Assembly (NCBI GenBank): GCA_020634555.1
Contig: JACKBK010000001.1
Coordinates: 67,317-131,316, forward strand
Length of the DNA stretch: 64,000 bases
Reading direction: 5' to 3'
Source of the DNA: Caldilineae bacterium
Lineage (GTDB): Bacteria > Chloroflexota > Anaerolineae > JAAEKA01
The notes beneath the pieces were generated by a model. It did no database searches, was not told where the DNA came from, and saw only the letters and a list, made by a program, of their open reading frames with translations. Each line of letters begins with the position of its first letter. The stretch's first letter is position 1. A program made the translations under genes and the position numbers. Shown in pieces: positions 62,433 to 64,000 of the stretch.

Positions 62433-64000
62433 ATGGACGAACAAACCAACTTGCGCCGCCTTGCTCCTCTGTTTATGATAGTAGCGATAGCGCTGCTGAT
62501 TCCGGTGATCGTCAGCGCGCAGGAACAACCGCCGAACATTCCACACCCGGTGGAAGGTCGGGACGCCTGCCTTGTTTGCCACGCTGAAGGCATTGCCGGT
62601 GCGCCTCAGGTACCTGCCAACCACGAAGGACGAACCAACGACATGTGTCGGGCGTGCCACCAGGTCGCCGCAACCGACCAGGGCACGCCGGCAATCAGCG
62701 AGTCGCCAACCGTTGAGACCGCTCAGCCGCCAGCAGCGGAGGCGACCACACCGGCAACACCTGAAACTGGGGAAACTCCGGAGACTGAAGCCAGTCCGCT
62801 GCCGATTCCGCATCCGCTGGAAGGGCACGAGAACTGTATCGAGTGTCATGTCGCGACCGGCGCCACGACGCCCGGCGGTCCGCCGGCAATTCCTCACTCG
62901 CTGGTCGGACGGGACGACTGCCTGGCGTGTCACAAGGATGGGCTGGCCGGCGCCCCACAGATTCCGGCTGACCATGCGGGTCGCACGAACGATATGTGTC
63001 AGGGGTGTCACCAGCCAAGCCAGCCTGTTGTGGCACCAACAGCGACGCGACCGAGTGAGCCTGTCCCAACACCGCTGGTATACCCCAAGTCATCAAATGC
63101 CAACACATGCGTCGATTGCCATGCTACCCTCTCAGGCAATGATCCGGAAATCACCGAGCAGTGGCATCGCAGCGTCCATGCTGAGCGCGGTGTGACCTGT
63201 GCTGACTGTCACGGCGGAGATCCGTCAGCAACGACTGTCGATGCCGCGATGTCACCTGCGGCGGGCTACATCGGTGCGCCTGCCAAGGAAGAAATCCCTG
63301 CACTCTGTGCGAGTTGTCACGCCGACGTCACCCAGATGCGCCAGTACGACCTGCCGACCGATCAATACGCCCAGTATAAAGAAAGTATCCATGGAATGCT
63401 GTTAGCTGAAGGTGATGCCAACGTTGCAACATGCTATGATTGCCACGGCGGACACCAGATTCTGAAAGCCAACGATCCCGCCTCCACCGTTTATCCGGTC
63501 AACGTCCCGGCGATGTGCGCGAGTTGCCACGCAGACGAGACGTTGATGGGGCCATACCATATTCCCACCGATCAATACGCTCTGTATCGCGAGAGTGTCC
63601 ACGGCCATGCACTGCTGGACGAACAGGACTTCCGGGCGCCAAACTGTGCAACCTGCCACGGTACTCACGGCGCTGCACCGCCTGGATTTGAGGAAGTCGC
63701 CAACGTATGCGGCAGTTGCCATTCGGCGACTCAAGACTACTTCCTGAAAAGTCCGCATGCTGAAGCCCAAGGCGAGGACGCTCCTAAGTGCGTGACTTGC
63801 CATGGGCGCTACGATGTCAGCCAGCCGAGTGAAGCCATGTACGAAGGTACAGAACCCAGGCACTGCGGGTCATGTCACGCCTCCGACAGCCCGGAAGGCC
63901 AGGTGGCGCAGACATTCTACAGTGCAATCAACACTGCAGCTCAGTCGTACGACGAAGCGGAGACCGCAATTCAGGCAGCGAAGGGTGTTGGTATGCTTGT
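62433..64000 (+). CDS. Multiheme cytochrome c (at least 12 CxxCH in the visible part), 3' end truncated by the window edge; shares diheme repeat modules with the 56145-58376 protein
   Basis: Signal/anchor MDEQTNLRRLAPLFMIVAIALLIPVIVSA; three N-terminal IPHPxEGRDxCLxCHxxGxAGAPQxPAxHxGRTNDMCxxCHQ repeats; then CVDCH, CADCHGG, CASCHAD, CYDCHGG, CASCHAD, CATCHG, CGSCH, CVTCHG, CGSCH; GAGAGG SD. Not in the supplied ORF track because no stop occurs within the window. Confidence 0.8.
   Translation, partial: MDEQTNLRRLAPLFMIVAIALLIPVIVSAQEQPPNIPHPVEGRDACLVCHAEGIAGAPQVPANHEGRTNDMCRACHQVAATDQGTPAISESPTVETAQPPAAEATTPATPETGETPETEASPLPIPHPLEGHENCIECHVATGATTPGGPPAIPHSLVGRDDCLACHKDGLAGAPQIPADHAGRTNDMCQGCHQPSQPVVAPTATRPSEPVPTPLVYPKSSNANTCVDCHATLSGNDPEITEQWHRSVHAERGVTCADCHGGDPSATTVDAAMSPAAGYIGAPAKEEIPALCASCHADVTQMRQYDLPTDQYAQYKESIHGMLLAEGDANVATCYDCHGGHQILKANDPASTVYPVNVPAMCASCHADETLMGPYHIPTDQYALYRESVHGHALLDEQDFRAPNCATCHGTHGAAPPGFEEVANVCGSCHSATQDYFLKSPHAEAQGEDAPKCVTCHGRYDVSQPSEAMYEGTEPRHCGSCHASDSPEGQVAQTFYSAINTAAQSYDEAETAIQAAKGVGML

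Noticed and set aside
1-64000. tRNA, rRNA genes and prophage/integrase/transposase genes
   Set aside because: I found no T-arm-like GTTCRANYC motifs in a cloverleaf context, no rRNA-like conserved stretches, and no ORF with integrase or transposase motifs. Mobile-like features are limited to REP/MITE-like repeats and the VapBC islet.

Overview
This 64 kb window is high-GC (about 65%) and gene-dense. It looks bacterial chromosomal, and the gene content suggests a monoderm, Chloroflexota-like organism; that taxonomic call is inference. I support about 60 protein-coding genes and found no rRNA, tRNA or CRISPR array. The gene content, in order along the window, is as follows.
- A penicillin-acylase and esterase pair.
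- RadC.
- An ECF-type transporter module with a fused A1A2 ATPase and an S component but no T component.
- A DinB-like gene translationally coupled to an orphan CcrM-like beta-class DNA methyltransferase.
- A small cassette of a standalone peptidyl-carrier protein, an SRPBCC protein and a GT2 enzyme, bracketed by REP-like palindromic repeats.
- An M32 carboxypeptidase and a cyclophilin preceded by a 56-bp tandem repeat array.
- A hybrid REC-PAS-histidine kinase and an S8 protease.
- Two LuxR response regulators (one with a degenerate receiver) upstream of two paralogous secreted proteins. These share a C-terminal domain, a transmembrane segment and an RRMRTN tail that I cannot match to any sorting signal I know.
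- A sufR-sufCBD-rhodanese operon.
- A low-GC VapBC island next to a pRiA4-ORF3-like protein with a very acidic insertion.
- A minus-strand envelope cluster: PBP1A, MOP flippase, FGE-like protein, GT-C (GT39-like) and a B12-binding radical SAM enzyme. It sits convergent to a Gly/Gln/Asn-repeat secreted protein.
- An SPFH protein, ComEA, a YihY protein, glycerate kinase, a universal stress protein, a Na/Pi transporter, a ClC channel, PepF, an ATP-grasp protein and RadA.
- A respiratory/electron-conduit locus. It contains a NapC/NirT-type quinol dehydrogenase fused to roughly 16 c-type hemes, a LuxR two-component pair, a Rieske protein, a fused cytochrome b6/subunit IV and a second multiheme cytochrome c that is cut by the window edge.

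Several families of structured intergenic repeats stand out. These are hexanucleotide CCTACT/AGTAGG hairpins, GTAGAC-rich hairpins between the suf genes, 13-bp-arm palindromes, and a 240-bp element flanked by terminal inverted repeats.

The two findings I rank highest are the multiheme cytochrome / Rieske-cytochrome b cluster and the pair of secreted proteins with the novel C-terminal anchor.
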